Shown in pieces: positions 19,271 through 34,032 of a DNA stretch of 64,000 nt. Within the stretch, counting starts at the first letter, position 1. Every line of letters starts with the position of its first letter. Position numbers and translations under genes: made by a program. Origin of the DNA: the human T2T-CHM13v2.0 reference genome, Homo sapiens. Location: NCBI RefSeq assembly GCF_009914755.1, contig NC_060929.1; one strand, written 5' to 3'. Under the pieces are notes generated by a model that was not told where the DNA came from, searched no databases, and saw nothing but the letters and a program-made list of their open reading frames with translations.

Positions 19271-21759
19271 AACACTATTCCAAATGAGCTAAGACCTGGA
19301 GAACACACTATACACATATATACATTAGCTAACTCAGGAATCTAAATATAAATTTATTTTTGGAGAAACCCCCTGGGCTAAAATAATTCACCCACAAAGC
19401 CAGATGTAGCTTGAGGGGTAATAAACATGCTATGGCCTAGAGCAGGAAAAGGGAAAAAAGAATGAAGCAGTACATTTTCTTAATGAGGCTTTTTCAAACC
19501 ACCATTTCATGTTGTAGCCAAAACAGATAAAATCACCAAAGGAACTTAGGATCTTGAAGAATATTCAGAGACTGTAGAAAGTGGTTTAAATAATAGATAT
19601 TTAAGAAAAGATTCTAAAAAATATTTATTATGTTTATAAAATGGAAATTTCATGTTTATACTAAAAAAAGATTTACTATTACACATAAGTATTACACGAA
19701 GATGTATATAAACACATTGCATATGCAAAATGTATACACATAGACCACATGGCCAAATATGTGATATTATAAGGATAAGTTGATCTCACAGCAACATTTT
19801 GATGTGGAAAATTACCTCCACTCCAGAAATTATAAGTAAGGAAGATATACCCTGGCATTGCAAATAATAGCATAGGGATATGTCATTACACAACCTTGGA
19901 TGAGATAACATATCAACCCGACATAAATACAGGCAACATCTATTCCTGAAAGGAATAAAAAAATGCTTACGAAGATACAGCAATGAGATACTGGGCTAAT
20001 CGAATGACAAAAAAAATGTGATGTGTTCTTACATTGCTTACCCTAATTTTTAAAAAAGATTTGGAAAAAACAGAATAAAGATGACACTATCTGAAATAGT
20101 TGGTGTGCTTGAAATCCAGTTTTTAAAATTTGAAGGTAGGAATACTTCAACAAGATCATAAGCTTATACAACAGATCATAAGCTTATTTTTCTGTTTCAG
20201 ATGCTTATCAAACTAGAAGTGAACATTTTGAACAGGTTTGTTTTCTAGGTGAAATCCTCTTTCCACATCCTACATAGCAAATACTCATGCACACCCACGC
20301 ACATGAACACACACACACACACACACACACTTCTCTTTCTCTCCTTACAACTGTAAATCCATACCATGAGACTAAGGATGCTAACAACCAAAGAATGTGT
20401 TAAAGCAGCATTTTACCTCTTTGCTGATCAAACACAGAAGGGGTGCTGAAATCCATGGTAGCCTGTCTCATCATTTACCATCAGAATGGCAAAAAGCATC
20501 CAGGTCTCTAGAGAGGAGAAAACACCATCTCAAACCTTACTGTCAACATGACAGTCAGAGGCAGCATCGTTTGCCAAGACCTCTGTTTCAGGATTAAATG
20601 TGCATCAGAGCTGCAGGTTGTTGTCAAGGCAAGGTGATGAAAATAGGTAAATGCTATTCCTGTAAATACCTGCTAGGAAAAGAGTTACTCTATGGCCTCA
20701 TTCATCAGCTGTACATGGGCATAATACACCCTCCACCCCCAAATCAATAAACACAATTACTCAAACTCCAAAAAGATAGTAAAATTGTATGGGCCACCTG
20801 CCTTGGATCTGGGCTGGAAAAACACAGCAGATCACGGAGCTTCAGCAGCTGGAATGTCGCTTTACACCAACAGAAATCTGAATGGGTGAGTGAGGATTCA
20901 CAGGGCCAGACAGAGCATGTGCAAAGCTGCCAATGCAGTTCGCATTCGGCTGTGCTTTTGGCGGAGTGAGAACTGCATTTGGGTCATGTGAGCAGAGAGT
21001 GCCATCTCAATGGAATAGGATGTAAATATTGTAGCAGGAGGCTGCTGGCCATGTGCTGTGTGGAGTAATTATCCATGTTGGCAGTCTTCTTCACTCCCCT
21101 TTCAGCTCCGTTCTCCAATTGACAGGGAGGATGGGGAAAGGCGTCATTTGAAAGGTGACATTTCAAGGCTCGAGTGTCTGTGGTGATAAAATTAAAACAG
21201 TCTGCTGTCACAAGGGTGTTTATTGTAGCATTACATGTAGTAAAACCTGAAAAATCACCCGAATGTACCTCATTCAGGGAGCAGCTAAGTAAATGGTAGT
21301 AAATTCGTACTCTAGATTTAAAAATCTGACATAAATAAATCTGTGTATTTATCTGGTGACATGTCACTAATCTATTGTTAAATGAAATAAACAAGTTATA
21401 TATTTCATTTGTTCGTGTTTTAATAAAACCGGAAACCACTCACTGTATACATTATTTTTATATATTCAGACGAACACTGAAAAAGATGTAGAAAGATACG
21501 TACTAAACTGCTAATATTGGTTCCCTCAGGCCACTGTGATTAGAGTAGGAGATTTCTAACTTGTTCTGTATCAATCTCTGTATTTTTGGCTTGTTAATAA
21601 CCAGTATCTATTATCTTGTATTTGTAATAAAAATATGATATACTAAATTCAAACAAAGTTCTATATTCTAGGCACAACCAGATTTTTGGATAAGTCAAAT
21701 AGCCATATAGTAGATGCTTGTTGAATCTAATAATAAACACCAGCTTCCTTTGCCCTTGG

Positions 21760-22008
21760 ATAGGATGATTCTGAGGCATGGTGTTTTACTCCGTTTGCCA
21801 TTTCCCTTTCAGGATTAAACTCCTTCAGGGTTAAACTCCACTGCCACCTGTGAGAATAGGTCTAATAACGTTCTTTTTATGGGCTGCTGTTCCCTCCCTG
21901 TATTACTTTCCCACGTTCCTACTGATATTTCCTGCACTTCTCAATAAGTTACTTGCATTGGAATCATTGTCTCAGGGTCTGCTTTTACGGAAACCCAAAT
22001 TAAAATAT
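21760..22008 (+). mobile_element. Old MaLR/ERVL LTR 3' fragment
   Basis: Typical LTR end 'aataagttacttgcattggaatcattgtctcagggtctgcttttacggaaacccaaattaaaa'. Confidence 0.55.
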
Positions 22009-23763
22009 TTCTCCACAAGAGGGTACATTTCATAAGGGCGGGGTCTTTGTCTACTCTTTCTTTGTCTGCTTTGTCCACTCCATGTCCTTACAGCCTAGCA
22101 CAGAGAGGGGCACAAAGGAGGTGCTCAGTACATTTCAGTGCATGAGTGAAACTTCACTGAAGAACTTTCCTTGCTCAAGCTGACAACCTGCTCACTGACA
22201 TTGTAACATTGGAACCCAATTAACCATCCTTCATGGGGTAAGAACTTTCTGACAAGAACTTCTGTAGTCCTTGAAATTTTCTAGTCTAAACAAGAAACCA
22301 TGTACTTGAGGATTGGTTCTAGGGTTTCTGGAATTGGCTCTCAAATCTGATTAAATTTAAGGATTCTAATAGCTTTATTTCTAGGAGTAAAGAGAGCATT
22401 GATAGTCCATGGTGTGAAGTGGTAATAGAGATATGCAAAAAGCTGCACTGAATATTCCTAATTAATCACTGGACACAACAGGCAAGGAGTTGGGTGACTG
22501 TGTAGATGATACCCTCAAACATTTTTGGAAACTTAATGAATATGGCTGGTTGCTCCTAATGTCACTGGACAAAGTGATGAAAGAAAAGGATTAGCTCACG
22601 GATTCTAATTCCCAGCTCAGGTGCCATATAGATGACCTGGAGGTGTGTATGTGTACCCTGAAGGAGAGTCTTACCTCCTGTAGCCATGAGGCTGAGGATG
22701 CTGCAATCAAATGCAGGCTCTCATGCTGCAGCTGCCTGAATTACAATGCAAATTGAACTCCTGAATTACAGCGCAAGTCAAACTCCCAGCTTCACAGGAT
22801 GTCTGCTGTTAAAGTGAGGACATTGATTGGGAAAGTAGAGGATACTGTAAATTGGATAGAGACATGTGAGAAGACCCTGATGAAGCTGGGGGACACTGAG
22901 CATCTAAACTCTGAGGAGTCTTCTTTGCCAGTGGAAGTGGACTCCCAATCCCTAGTAGAAGCAGCCTCCCCATCTCCAGTGGTAGCAGCCTTTTCACCTC
23001 AGTCTGAGAAGATTGACTCTGAATTGCCTGAGGAAACTGTATTGGCCTTCCTTGAGGCAGCTGCCGTGCACAACAATGCTGATTCTCTTCAGGAGCCACC
23101 ACCATTGTTCCTCTGCTTCTAGACCTATAACTAGACTCAAGTCCCAGCAGCCCCTAAAGGTGAGGTGCAAAGTGTGACCCATGAAGTACATTATATTCCA
23201 AAATAATTACTTGAACTTCCTAAAAATCCAGGAAACATGGGAATGGATACTAAGGGAGTGAAATAATGGTGAAAGGAACATAAAGTTAGATCAGGTTGAA
23301 TTTATTGATATTAACTAATTAAGCAGAAATTCTGCATTTACTGTTGCAGCTCAGGCAGTTATAAAGTGTTCTAACAGTCAGGTTAGTGGGTTGAAACATG
23401 GACCAAAAAGTGGCCCAGGGTGAGCAAATTGGAAATACTGGACTTGCCTTGGTTTAATGTGGAAGAGATTCAAAGGCTTAGGGAGATTGGAATGTCAGAG
23501 TGGATTTGTCATTTAAGAACTACTCACCCACACTGGAGGGTCTAGAAGACATACTTTTAGCAGTACCGTGAGGAATAGGAATAAATCTGTGAGGGGAACC
23601 CCAGCATCTTTGAAGAGTTCTGTGATTGCTCTTCTCTGCAGACAGTGAGAACTGCAGTCATTGAATTGGGAAACCTAAATGCAGTGGGAATAATTGGATC
23701 CTAGGATGGTAGGGCTAAGTGGTGGTACTCAACTGCCAAAGACAAGGTGGGCATAGTTACTGT

Positions 23764-24559
<796 letters not shown>

Positions 24560-25621
24560 CTGTAATGGACAGCAGAGGTCCAAGCAGCAATCAGAGTTGT
24601 CTGAGTCATAGAAACCTATGGCATTGGCTAGTTGATCATGGCGTTTCTCAAAGTAAAATAGATAGGAAGCCTATGAAATTCTTAATCTGCATAAGCAGAA
24701 AAGCTCTAGGTTAAGTGACAAAAGTCTAACACGAATCATAAAAACAGAGAATCATGATCCCTCAATTAATTCCCAGAATTGAGCCTGTTTACAAACCTAA
24801 AACCCCTTAAATGAAGGGGAGGCTGGAGCCCTTGAGGAAAGGCCCTGGTACCCTACTAAATGTTTATACTGTTAATCTTTCTCTCAGTTTTCCCCAAAAG
24901 AGATGTATGGCCTTTTTACTAGGGTAACTGTGCATTGAGAAAAGAGAAATAATCAGACCTCTCAGGGCTTACTGGACATTGGCTCTGAGCTGACACTAAT
25001 TTCAGGAGACTCAAAATATCACTGTGGCCTGCCAGTCAGAGGAGGGACTTTTGAAGGTCATGCGGTCAATGGGATTTCAGCTCAGATCCATCTCACAGTG
25101 GGTCTAATGGGCCCCAATGCCATCCTGTGGTCATTTCCCCAGTTCTGGATGCACAATTAGAATAGACATACTTAGCAGCTCACAGAATCTCTACATTGGT
25201 TCCCTGAATCGTGGAGTAAGGGCTATTATGGTGGGAAAGGCCAAGTGGAAGCCACTAGAACTGTGTCTACCTAGGAAAATACTAAACCAAAAGCAATACG
25301 ACATTTCTGGGGGAACTGTAGAGGTCATAAAGGACCTGAAGGATGCAGGGGTGGTGATTCCCACCACATCTCCATTCAACTCTCCAATATGCTTTCCAAT
25401 TTGGCAGAAGACAGGTGGATCTTCGAGAATAACAGTGGATTATAGTAAGCTTAACCAGGTGGCAACTCCAATTGCAGCTGTTGTTCAGATATGGTTTTAT
25501 TCCTTGAGCAAATTAAAACACTCTCTGGTACATAGTATGCAGTTACTGCTCTGGCAAATGCTTTTTCCTCTCAATACCTATTAGTAAAGACCACCAGAAA
25601 CAGTTTATTTCAGGTGACAAG

Positions 25622-27962
25622 ACAACATTCTTGATGAACATAAATCCAAAAATCCTCAACAAAATACTAGCAAACTGAATCTAGTAGCACATTAAAAAGT
25701 TAATCCACCATAATCAAGTGGGTTTTATCCCTAGCATGCAAGGTTGATTCAACATATGCCAATCAATAAATATGATTCATCACATACACAGACCTAAAAA
25801 CAAAAGCCGCATGATCATCTTACTAGATCAGAAAAGAATTTCAATAATATTCAACATCCCTTCATGTTTAAAACCCTAAACAAACTAGGCATTGAAGGAA
25901 TATATCTCAAAATAATAAGAGCCATCTATGACAAACTCACAGCCAAAAACATACTGAATGGGCAACCCAGTATAGGCAGGACTGTACTGAATTCTGGAAG
26001 CATTCCCTCTGAGAATTGGAACAAGACAAAGATTCCTACTCTCACCACTCCTATTCAACATAGTACTGGAAGTCCTAGACTGAGCAATCAGGCAAGAGAA
26101 AGAAATAAAAGGCATCCAAACAGGAAAAGAGGAAGTCAAACTATCTATGTTTGCAGATGATATGATTTTATACCTAGAAAACCTCATATTCTCTCTGCCC
26201 CAAAGCTCCTACATCTGGTAAACAACTTCAGCAAAGTTTCAGGATACAAGATCAATGTACAAAAATTAGTAGCATTTCTATATACCAACAACATCCAAGC
26301 TGAGTGCCAAAACAAGAACGCAATCCCATTCACAACAGCCATACACATACACACACACATACATATACACACACACAGACACACACATACGCAATACCTA
26401 GGAATACAGCTAACCAGGGAGGTGAAAGAGCTCTATAATGAGAATTATCTTTCAAACAGATTCTTTTATTATTCTTTTCTGAAAGAAATCAGAGATGATA
26501 CAAACAAATGAAAAAACATTCCATGCTTGTGGATAAGAAGGAATCAATATTGTTAAAATGGCCATACTGCCCAAACCAATTTACAGATTGAATGGTATGC
26601 CTATCAACTTATCAATGACATTTTTCACAGAATTAGAGAAAAATTAGAAAAATTTTTAGAATTAGAAAAAAACGATTCTAAAATTTATATGAAACCAAAA
26701 GAGCCTGAATAGCCAAAGCAATCCTAAGCAAAAACAACAAAGCTGAAGGCGTCACATTACCCAACTTCAAACTATACTACAAGGTTACAGTAACCAAAAC
26801 AGCATGGTACTGGTACCAAAACAGACACATAGACCAATGGAACAGAATAGAGAGCCCACAAATAATGCTGCACACCTACAACCATCTGATCTTCAACAAA
26901 GTTGACAAAAACAAGGAATGGAGAAAGGACTCCCTGTTCAATAAATGGTGGTGGGATAACTGGCTAGCAATGTGCAGAAGATTGGAACTGGACCCCTTCC
27001 TTACACCATGTACAAAAATCAACTCAAGATGGATTAAAGACTTAAAAGTAAAACTTAAAACTATAAAAAATCCTGGAAGATAACCTAGGAAATAACATTC
27101 TGGACATAGGCCCTGACAAATATGCCTATGCCTATGTTGTCTTTCATGACAAAGACACCAAAGCAATTGACAAATGGTACCTAATTAAATGAAAGAGCTC
27201 CTGCATAGCAAAAGAAACTATCAACAGAGTAAACAGACGACCTACAGAATGGGAGAAAATGTTTGCAAATTATGCATCTGACAAAGGTCTAATATCCAGA
27301 ATCTAAAAGCAACTTAAACAAATTTATAAACAAGAAAAAATCCCATTAAAAAATGGGCAAAGGACATGAACAGACACATTTTTTTTTTTTCCAAGACAAG
27401 GTCTCACTTTGTCACCCAGGCTAGAGCACAATGGTGCAATCTAAACTTACTATAGCCTCCACCTCCCAGGTTCAAGCAATCCTTCTGCCTCAGCCCCAAA
27501 AGTAGCTGGGACTCCGGGTGCATGCCATCATGTCTGGCTAACTTTTTTGTACTGTTTTGTAGAGATGAGGTTTCACCATATTGGCCAGGCCGGTCTTGAA
27601 CTTCTGAGCTCAAGCAATCTGCCCACCTCAGCCTCCCAAAGTGCTAGGATTACAGGAGTGAGACACTGTGCTCGGACATGAATAGACACTTTTAAAGAGA
27701 CATACCCGTAACCAATAAGCATATGAAAAAATGCTCAACATCACTAATCGTTAGAGAAATGCAAATCAAAAACCACAATTAGACCCATCTCCCATCAGTC
27801 AGAGTGGCTATTACTAAAAAGTCAAAAAGTAACAGATGCTGGAGAGGTTGTGGAGAAAAGAGAACACTTATATACTATTGGTGGGAATGTAAATTAATGC
27901 AGCCACTGTGGAAAGTAGTTTGGAGATTTCTCAAATAAATTAAAACAGAACTACTATTTGAT
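25622..27962 (+). mobile_element. Older L1P (L1PA13-16/L1PB-like) ORF2 fragment, truncated at both ends
   Basis: ORF2-like translations ([24 protein letters not shown]; [40 protein letters not shown]). No 3'UTR or poly(A). Confidence 0.88.
27379..27675 (-). mobile_element. AluJ-like SINE in L1
   Basis: Antisense Alu with 'gagctcaagcaatc'; TSD 'gacatgaa(c/t)agacac'. Confidence 0.9.
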
Positions 27963-27963
27963 G

Positions 27964-28622
27964 CATCCATCAAGTGGAAAGTTTCCTTAATTTCAATTTT
28001 TCAGTCAGATTTGTGTAAGCTGATCCAATTGAGATGTCTATGTTATTGGTTATTGTTTCTGCTGTTAATCGTCATTTCTCTTCAATTAAGGTATAAACAA
28101 GTTGAATTTTTTCCTTGCAAATTGAAATGGATGATCTACTGTTTCAGGCTTCATTTCCAAAGTGATCTCGTCCTTTCTTAAAATGAGTTATTCATTGATA
28201 AACGACTGATTTCTTTGGGAGCGTTGAGCTCATAAACTTTTCATAAAAGATCAACGATTTCACCATTCTTCCACTCAAACTTCCCCATAAATATAATATT
28301 TGTTCTTGTTTCAATTTTAGCAGGATTGAGCTCATAAACTTTTCATAAAGGATCAATGATTTCACCATTCTTCACTCAAGCTTGACTATAAATTTAACAT
28401 TTGTTTTTGTTTTTAGCAGAATTCATGTTGCTCTGATAGAGGCTCTTTTCAAACTGAAATCTTAAGCTTCTTAGTGCTTTCAACTAGATCTTGTTCAGAC
28501 ATGTTAGTATGAGTCTATTTCAGATATGTTAGTATGAGTTTATTTTGGTGTAAAAAACTTGAAATTCATACATAGTTTTTTCATAAAACATATTTTCTAT
28601 GAACTATTTGAAGACCCCTCAT
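27964..28622 (-). mobile_element. HSMAR2 mariner transposon, 5' portion
   Basis: The reverse complement at 28593-28622 reads 'atgaggggtcttcaaatagttcatagaaaa', matching the HSMAR2 TIR, with an adjacent TA. Degraded transposase-like sequence extends leftward. Confidence 0.85.
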
Positions 28623-29520
28623 ACGTAGATGTACAAATAACATACTGATATGGTTAGGCTTTGTGTACCCACCCAAATCTCACCTTGAATTGTAATCCTC
28701 ATAATCCCTACAGGTCAAGGGAGAGACCAGGTGGAGGTAATTGGATAATGGAGGTGGCTTCCCCCATGCTGTTCTTGTGATAGAGAGTGAGTTCTCACGA
28801 GATCGGATGGTTTTATAAGGGGCTCTTCCTCCTTTGATCAGCACTTCTCCTTCCTGCCACCTTGTGAAGAAGGTGCCTTGCTTCCCCTTTGCCTTCTACC
28901 TTGATTGTAAGTTTTCTGAGGCCACCCCAGCTGTGCTGAACTGCGAGTCAATTAAACTCCTTTCCTTTATAAATTACCCAGTCTCAGGCAGTTTTTTACA
29001 GCAGTGTGAAAATGGACTAATACAATAAATTGGTACTGCAGAGAGTGGAGAGCTGCTATAAAGATACCAAAAAATGTGGAAGTGACTTTGGAACTGGATA
29101 ATAGGTGGAGGTTGGAACAGTTTGAAGGGCTCAGAAGAAGACAGGAAAACGTGGGAAAGTTTGGAACTTCCTAGAGACTTGTTGAATAGCTTTGACCAAA
29201 ATGCTGATAGTGATATGGGCAATGAAGTCCAGGCTGAGGTATCTTAGGTGGAGATGAGGAACTTGTTGGGAACTGGAATAAAGGTGACTCTTGCTATGCT
29301 TTAGCAAAGAGACTAATGGCATTTTGCCCTTGACCTAGAGATCTCTGGAACTTTAAACTTGAGAGAGATGATTTAGGGTATCTGGTGGAAGAAATGTTTT
29401 GGCAGCAAAGCATTCAAGAGATTATGTGGGTGCTTTTAAAAGCATTCAGTTTTATGCATTCAAAAAGAGATGGTTTGGATTGGAACTTATGTTTAAAAGG
29501 GAAGCAGAGCATACAAGTTA

Positions 29521-29897
<377 letters not shown>

Positions 29898-31055
29898 GAA
29901 AAAGAAAAACCCAAATTTGCAGAAGTAATGAGGAACCAAATGTTAATTGCTAAGACAATGGGGAAAATGTCTTCAGGGCATGTCAGAGGTCTTCACAGCA
30001 GCCCCTCCTATCACAGGCCTGGAGATCTAGGAGGAAAAAATGGTTTTTGGGGCCAGGACAGGGCCTTGCTGCTTTGTGCAGTCTCAGGGCTTTGTGCCCT
30101 GTGTCCTAGCCATGGCTAAAAGGAGCCAATGTACAGCTCAGGCTATTGCTTCAGAGGGTGCAAGCCTTGGCAGCTTCCAAGTGGCGTTGCACCTGCAGGT
30201 GCACAGAAGTCAAGGATTGAGGTTTGGGAACCTCCACCTAGATTTCAAAGAATGTATGGAAATATCTGGATGCCTAGGCAGAAGTTGCGTGCAGAGACAG
30301 AGCTCTCATGGAGAACCTCTGCTAGGGCAATGAAGAAGGGAAATGTAGGGTCAGAGCTCCCACACAGAGTCCCCACTGGGGCACTGCCTAGTGGAGCTGA
30401 GAGAAGATGGCCACCATCCTCCAGACCCCAGAATGATAGATTCACTGCCAGCTTGCACCACGTGCCTGGAAAAGCCACAAACACTCAATGCCAGTCCATG
30501 AAAGCAGGCAGGAGGGGGACTGTAACCTGTAAAGCCACAGGGGTAGAGCTGCCCATGGCCATGGGAGCCCACCTCTTGCATCAGCATGACCTGGATGTGA
30601 GACATGGAGTCAAAGATCATTTTGGAAATTTAAGGTTTAATTACTGCCCTGCTGGATTTCAGACTTGCACGGGGCCTGTAATCCCTTTGTTTTGGCCAAT
30701 TTCTCCTATTTGGAATGGGTGTGTTTACCCAATGCCTGAACCCCCATTTTATCTAAAAAGGGACTTGCCTTGTCTCAGATAAGACTTTGGACTTGGACTT
30801 TCGGGTTAATGATGGAATGATTAAGACTTTGGGGGACCGTTGGGAAGGCATGATTGATTTTGAAACATTAAAGGGATATGAGATTAGGGAGGCGACAAGG
30901 ATGGAATGATATGGTTAGGTTTTGTGCCCCCACCCAAATCTCATCTTGAATTGTAATCCCCATAATCCCCAGGTGTCAAGGAAGGTAATTGAATCATGGG
31001 CACAGTTTCCCCCATGCTGTTCTCATGATAGTGAGTGAGCTCTCACAAGATCTGA

Positions 31056-31358
31056 TTTTTTTTTTTTTTTTTAGACGGATTGTCCCTTTGTCACCCAGGC
31101 TGGAGGGCGGTGGCTCAATCTCTGCTCACTGCAACCTCCGCCCCCCAGGTTCAAGTGATTCTCCTGCCTTGGCCTCCTGAGTAGCTGGGATTACAGGTGT
31201 GTGCCACCATGCCCAGCCAATCTTCTTTTTTGTATTTCTAGTAGAGATGGGGTTTCAGCACGTTGGTCAGTCTGTTCTCAATCTCCTGACCTCGTGATCT
31301 ACCTGCCTTGGACTCCCAAAGTGCTGGGATTATAGGCGTGAGCCACTATGCCCAGCCC
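31056..31358 (-). mobile_element. AluS SINE in THE1D 3' LTR
   Basis: Antisense Alu splitting the LTR at 'gatctgat|ggttttataag'. Confidence 0.9.
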
Positions 31359-31614
31359 TGATGGTTTTATAAGAGGTTCTTTCCTGTTTGCTCAGCACTT
31401 CTCCTTCCTGCTGCCTTAAGAAGAAGGTGCCTTGCTTCCCCTTTGCCTTCTGCCATGATTGTAAGTTTCCTGAGGCCTCCCCAGCTATGCTGAACTGAGT
31501 CAATTAAACTCCTTTCCTTTATAAATTACTCAGTCTTGGGCAGTTCTTTATAGCAGTATGAAAATGGACTAATACACATACATAGTGATATATATATTAT
31601 AAAGAAGAAAGAAA

Positions 31615-31641
31615 AGTGTGTGTGTGTGTGTGTGTGTGTGT
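31615..31641. repeat. (TG)n microsatellite
   Basis: About 13 TG units. Confidence 0.9.
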
Positions 31642-31962
31642 TTAAAGAAAACAAAGCTTTTGTTATTTTTTTGTTTTCTTTCCGCTTTTATTATTCAACA
31701 TGAGATGTATTGACTTTATATCATAGTACTTATATATTGTTAATTTATACATAGCATTTAAGTTATAGGACATCAAGGAGAAGAGTAAGCATCACTTAAG
31801 GACTTTACATGTTCTTCCGGGGAAGGAGTTAGTGTGTTTTCAGTTGTATGTGGGATGGCTGTATCATGTTAGGTGCATATATGATGTGGTTATTGTCCTA
31901 TCTGGAGATTAAGTATGGTTTATGGAGAGGTGTATAGGTGCCAAGTTGATGAGGGGTGGAAA

Positions 31963-32445
31963 TGTGATGATTAATTTTATCTGTCAACTTGACTGGGCCA
32001 TGGGATGCCAACACATTTGGCCAAACATTATTCTGGGTGTGTCTGTGAGTGCATTTCTAGATGAGATTAACATTTGAATCAGTAGACTGTGAAAAAAATT
32101 GCCCTCCCCAATGCTGGGGGGAATCACGCAAAATCTCGAAAGCTTGAATACAACAAAAAGGCAGAGGAAAGCTGAAACCTCTCTCTGTCTCTGATTGCTT
32201 GAGCTAAGACATGAGTGTTCTCCTGTTCTTGTACTAGGACTTATACCAGCAGCCCTTTATTCTTAGGTCTTTGGACTTGTGCCAGGATTCTATCACTGTC
32301 TTTTCTGGGTCTTTAGCTTGCAGACAGCAGATTGTGGGACTTCTCAGCCTCCATAACTTCATAAGTCAATTCTTTATAATAACTCTAGCTGTCTCTCTCT
32401 CTCTCTCCCTCTCTGTTTGTCTGTTTGTCTTATCTATCTATCTAG
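31963..32445 (+). mobile_element. MLT2 (MLT2C/D-like) LTR, the 3' LTR of the ERVL
   Basis: 'tgtgatgattaattttatctgtcaacttgactgggccatgggatgcc...aaacattattctgggtgtgtctgtgag...gatgagattaacatttgaatc'. Confidence 0.87.
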
Positions 32446-33603
32446 TTGCCTCAAGCCTTTAGTAAATCAAATGTGTCATACTTATATACAGGCTTGGATG
32501 AGGTCATGATGTGTAGAAGAACACAGTTTAAAGAAAATTCTGGATTATTCTACATTCATCCATCTCCTGGTACTTGTGAGGAAGAAGAAACTTTCAATCA
32601 AGTGTGAACCATGAAGAAGTGGCTCAGCAGTGGTTGATGTAGAAAGAAACACTGAAGGGCCCAGGGAAACTGGAAGGTCATCATTATCATCATTTTCATT
32701 ATTGTTATCCTTGCTATATAACTCAAGCCAATCACCCAACATTCAAGCACCCACCTTCTTTGTGTATCAACATATAAGTTGCTTTATGTGTCTGTGTCCC
32801 TGTGGAATTTGAGCCGCTTCTTGGTCACATGCTTTTCTCCTCACCACTCTTAGCCTTCCTGCTCACCTCTTACCCCTCCAATCCCAGACCACTTCTCACC
32901 TTGATACTCCTTCCCTACCTGATCCTTGATTGGATGTTTCTTATGAGACCATCACAGTTGGGGATGAAAAAGCAGTGGCTGCTCAAGAATATTACCAATT
33001 TAAAACAGAACTGTAGATAATATGACAAAAGAGTCCTTGCTGTTATCCTTGAAGTCAAGGGGTTTCTAAACTACTTCCAAGGTCATTCCTTTAAAAATCT
33101 GTGAGCAATGTTCATGAGCTAATTTGGACTTTTTCTAAGGATAGCCCATATACTTAAGAGTCCCACTGTTTTACTAAGAGCCATATTCTTGTATAAAATC
33201 CTGGAAGAACACTACTGAATATTGATGCCATCTGTCGCTTCAAATTTCCAACTGTTATTTATACTATACCCATACCTCATTTCATGAAGCAACACTATGA
33301 ACTCTTTCCCTATAAAATATGCCTTATGCTTTATGTACATATTTGTTATACCCATAAGACAACTTTCATATTGCTTTGGTCGTACAATTCCTACCTTTTA
33401 ATATTAATTCACTTATTTACTCAACAAACAAACATTTGGCACCTACTCTGCATTAGAGACTCTGATAGCTCAAAATATATGTCCTTTATAGAGATTTTTT
33501 GACCATTTCAACATTTGTTGCCCTATTTGGCTCTTAATCAAAAATTATATTTAGACACCTTTCCTACTGATATTGTTCATTGTTTTGTAATGTTAGTCTT
33601 TCT

Positions 33604-34032
33604 GTTGTTGTTGTTGTTAAGACAGGGCCTCGCTCTGTCACCCAGGCTGGAGCGTGGTGGCGTGATCACAGCTCACTGCAGCATCAACCTCCTGGGCCCA
33701 ATCAATTCTCCCATACCACCACTCCCGGCTACTTTTTTTTTTTTTTTTTTGAGACAGAGTTTTGCTCTTGTTGCCCAGGCTGGAGTGCAATGGCATGATC
33801 TCGACCCCACCACAACCTCCGCCTCCCGGGTTCAAGCGAATCTTCTGCTTCAGCCCCCCGAGTAGCTGGGATTACAGGCATGTGCCACGATGCCCGGCTA
33901 ATTTTGTATTTTTAGTAGAGATGACGTTTCTCCATGTTGGTCAGTCTGGTCTCAAACTCCCAACCTCAGGTGATTCACCCGCTTCGGACTCCCAAAGTGC
34001 TGGGATTACAGGTGTGAGCCACCGTGCCCAGC
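33604..34032 (-). mobile_element. Partial AluJ/FLAM arm (33604-33730) followed by an AluSp-like element (33733-34032)
   Basis: Two consecutive antisense Alu segments; the second has the Sp/Sq-type 'gagttttgctcttgttgcccaggctggagtgcaatgg'. Confidence 0.85.

Noticed and set aside
25117-25584. Intact retroviral pol gene
   Set aside because: Only a short, frameshifted ERVL protease/RT fragment, cut off by an L1 insertion.
27964-28622. Domesticated mariner transposase (SETMAR-like)
   Set aside because: This is a truncated, duplicated HSMAR2 with no long ORF; SETMAR derives from HSMAR1.
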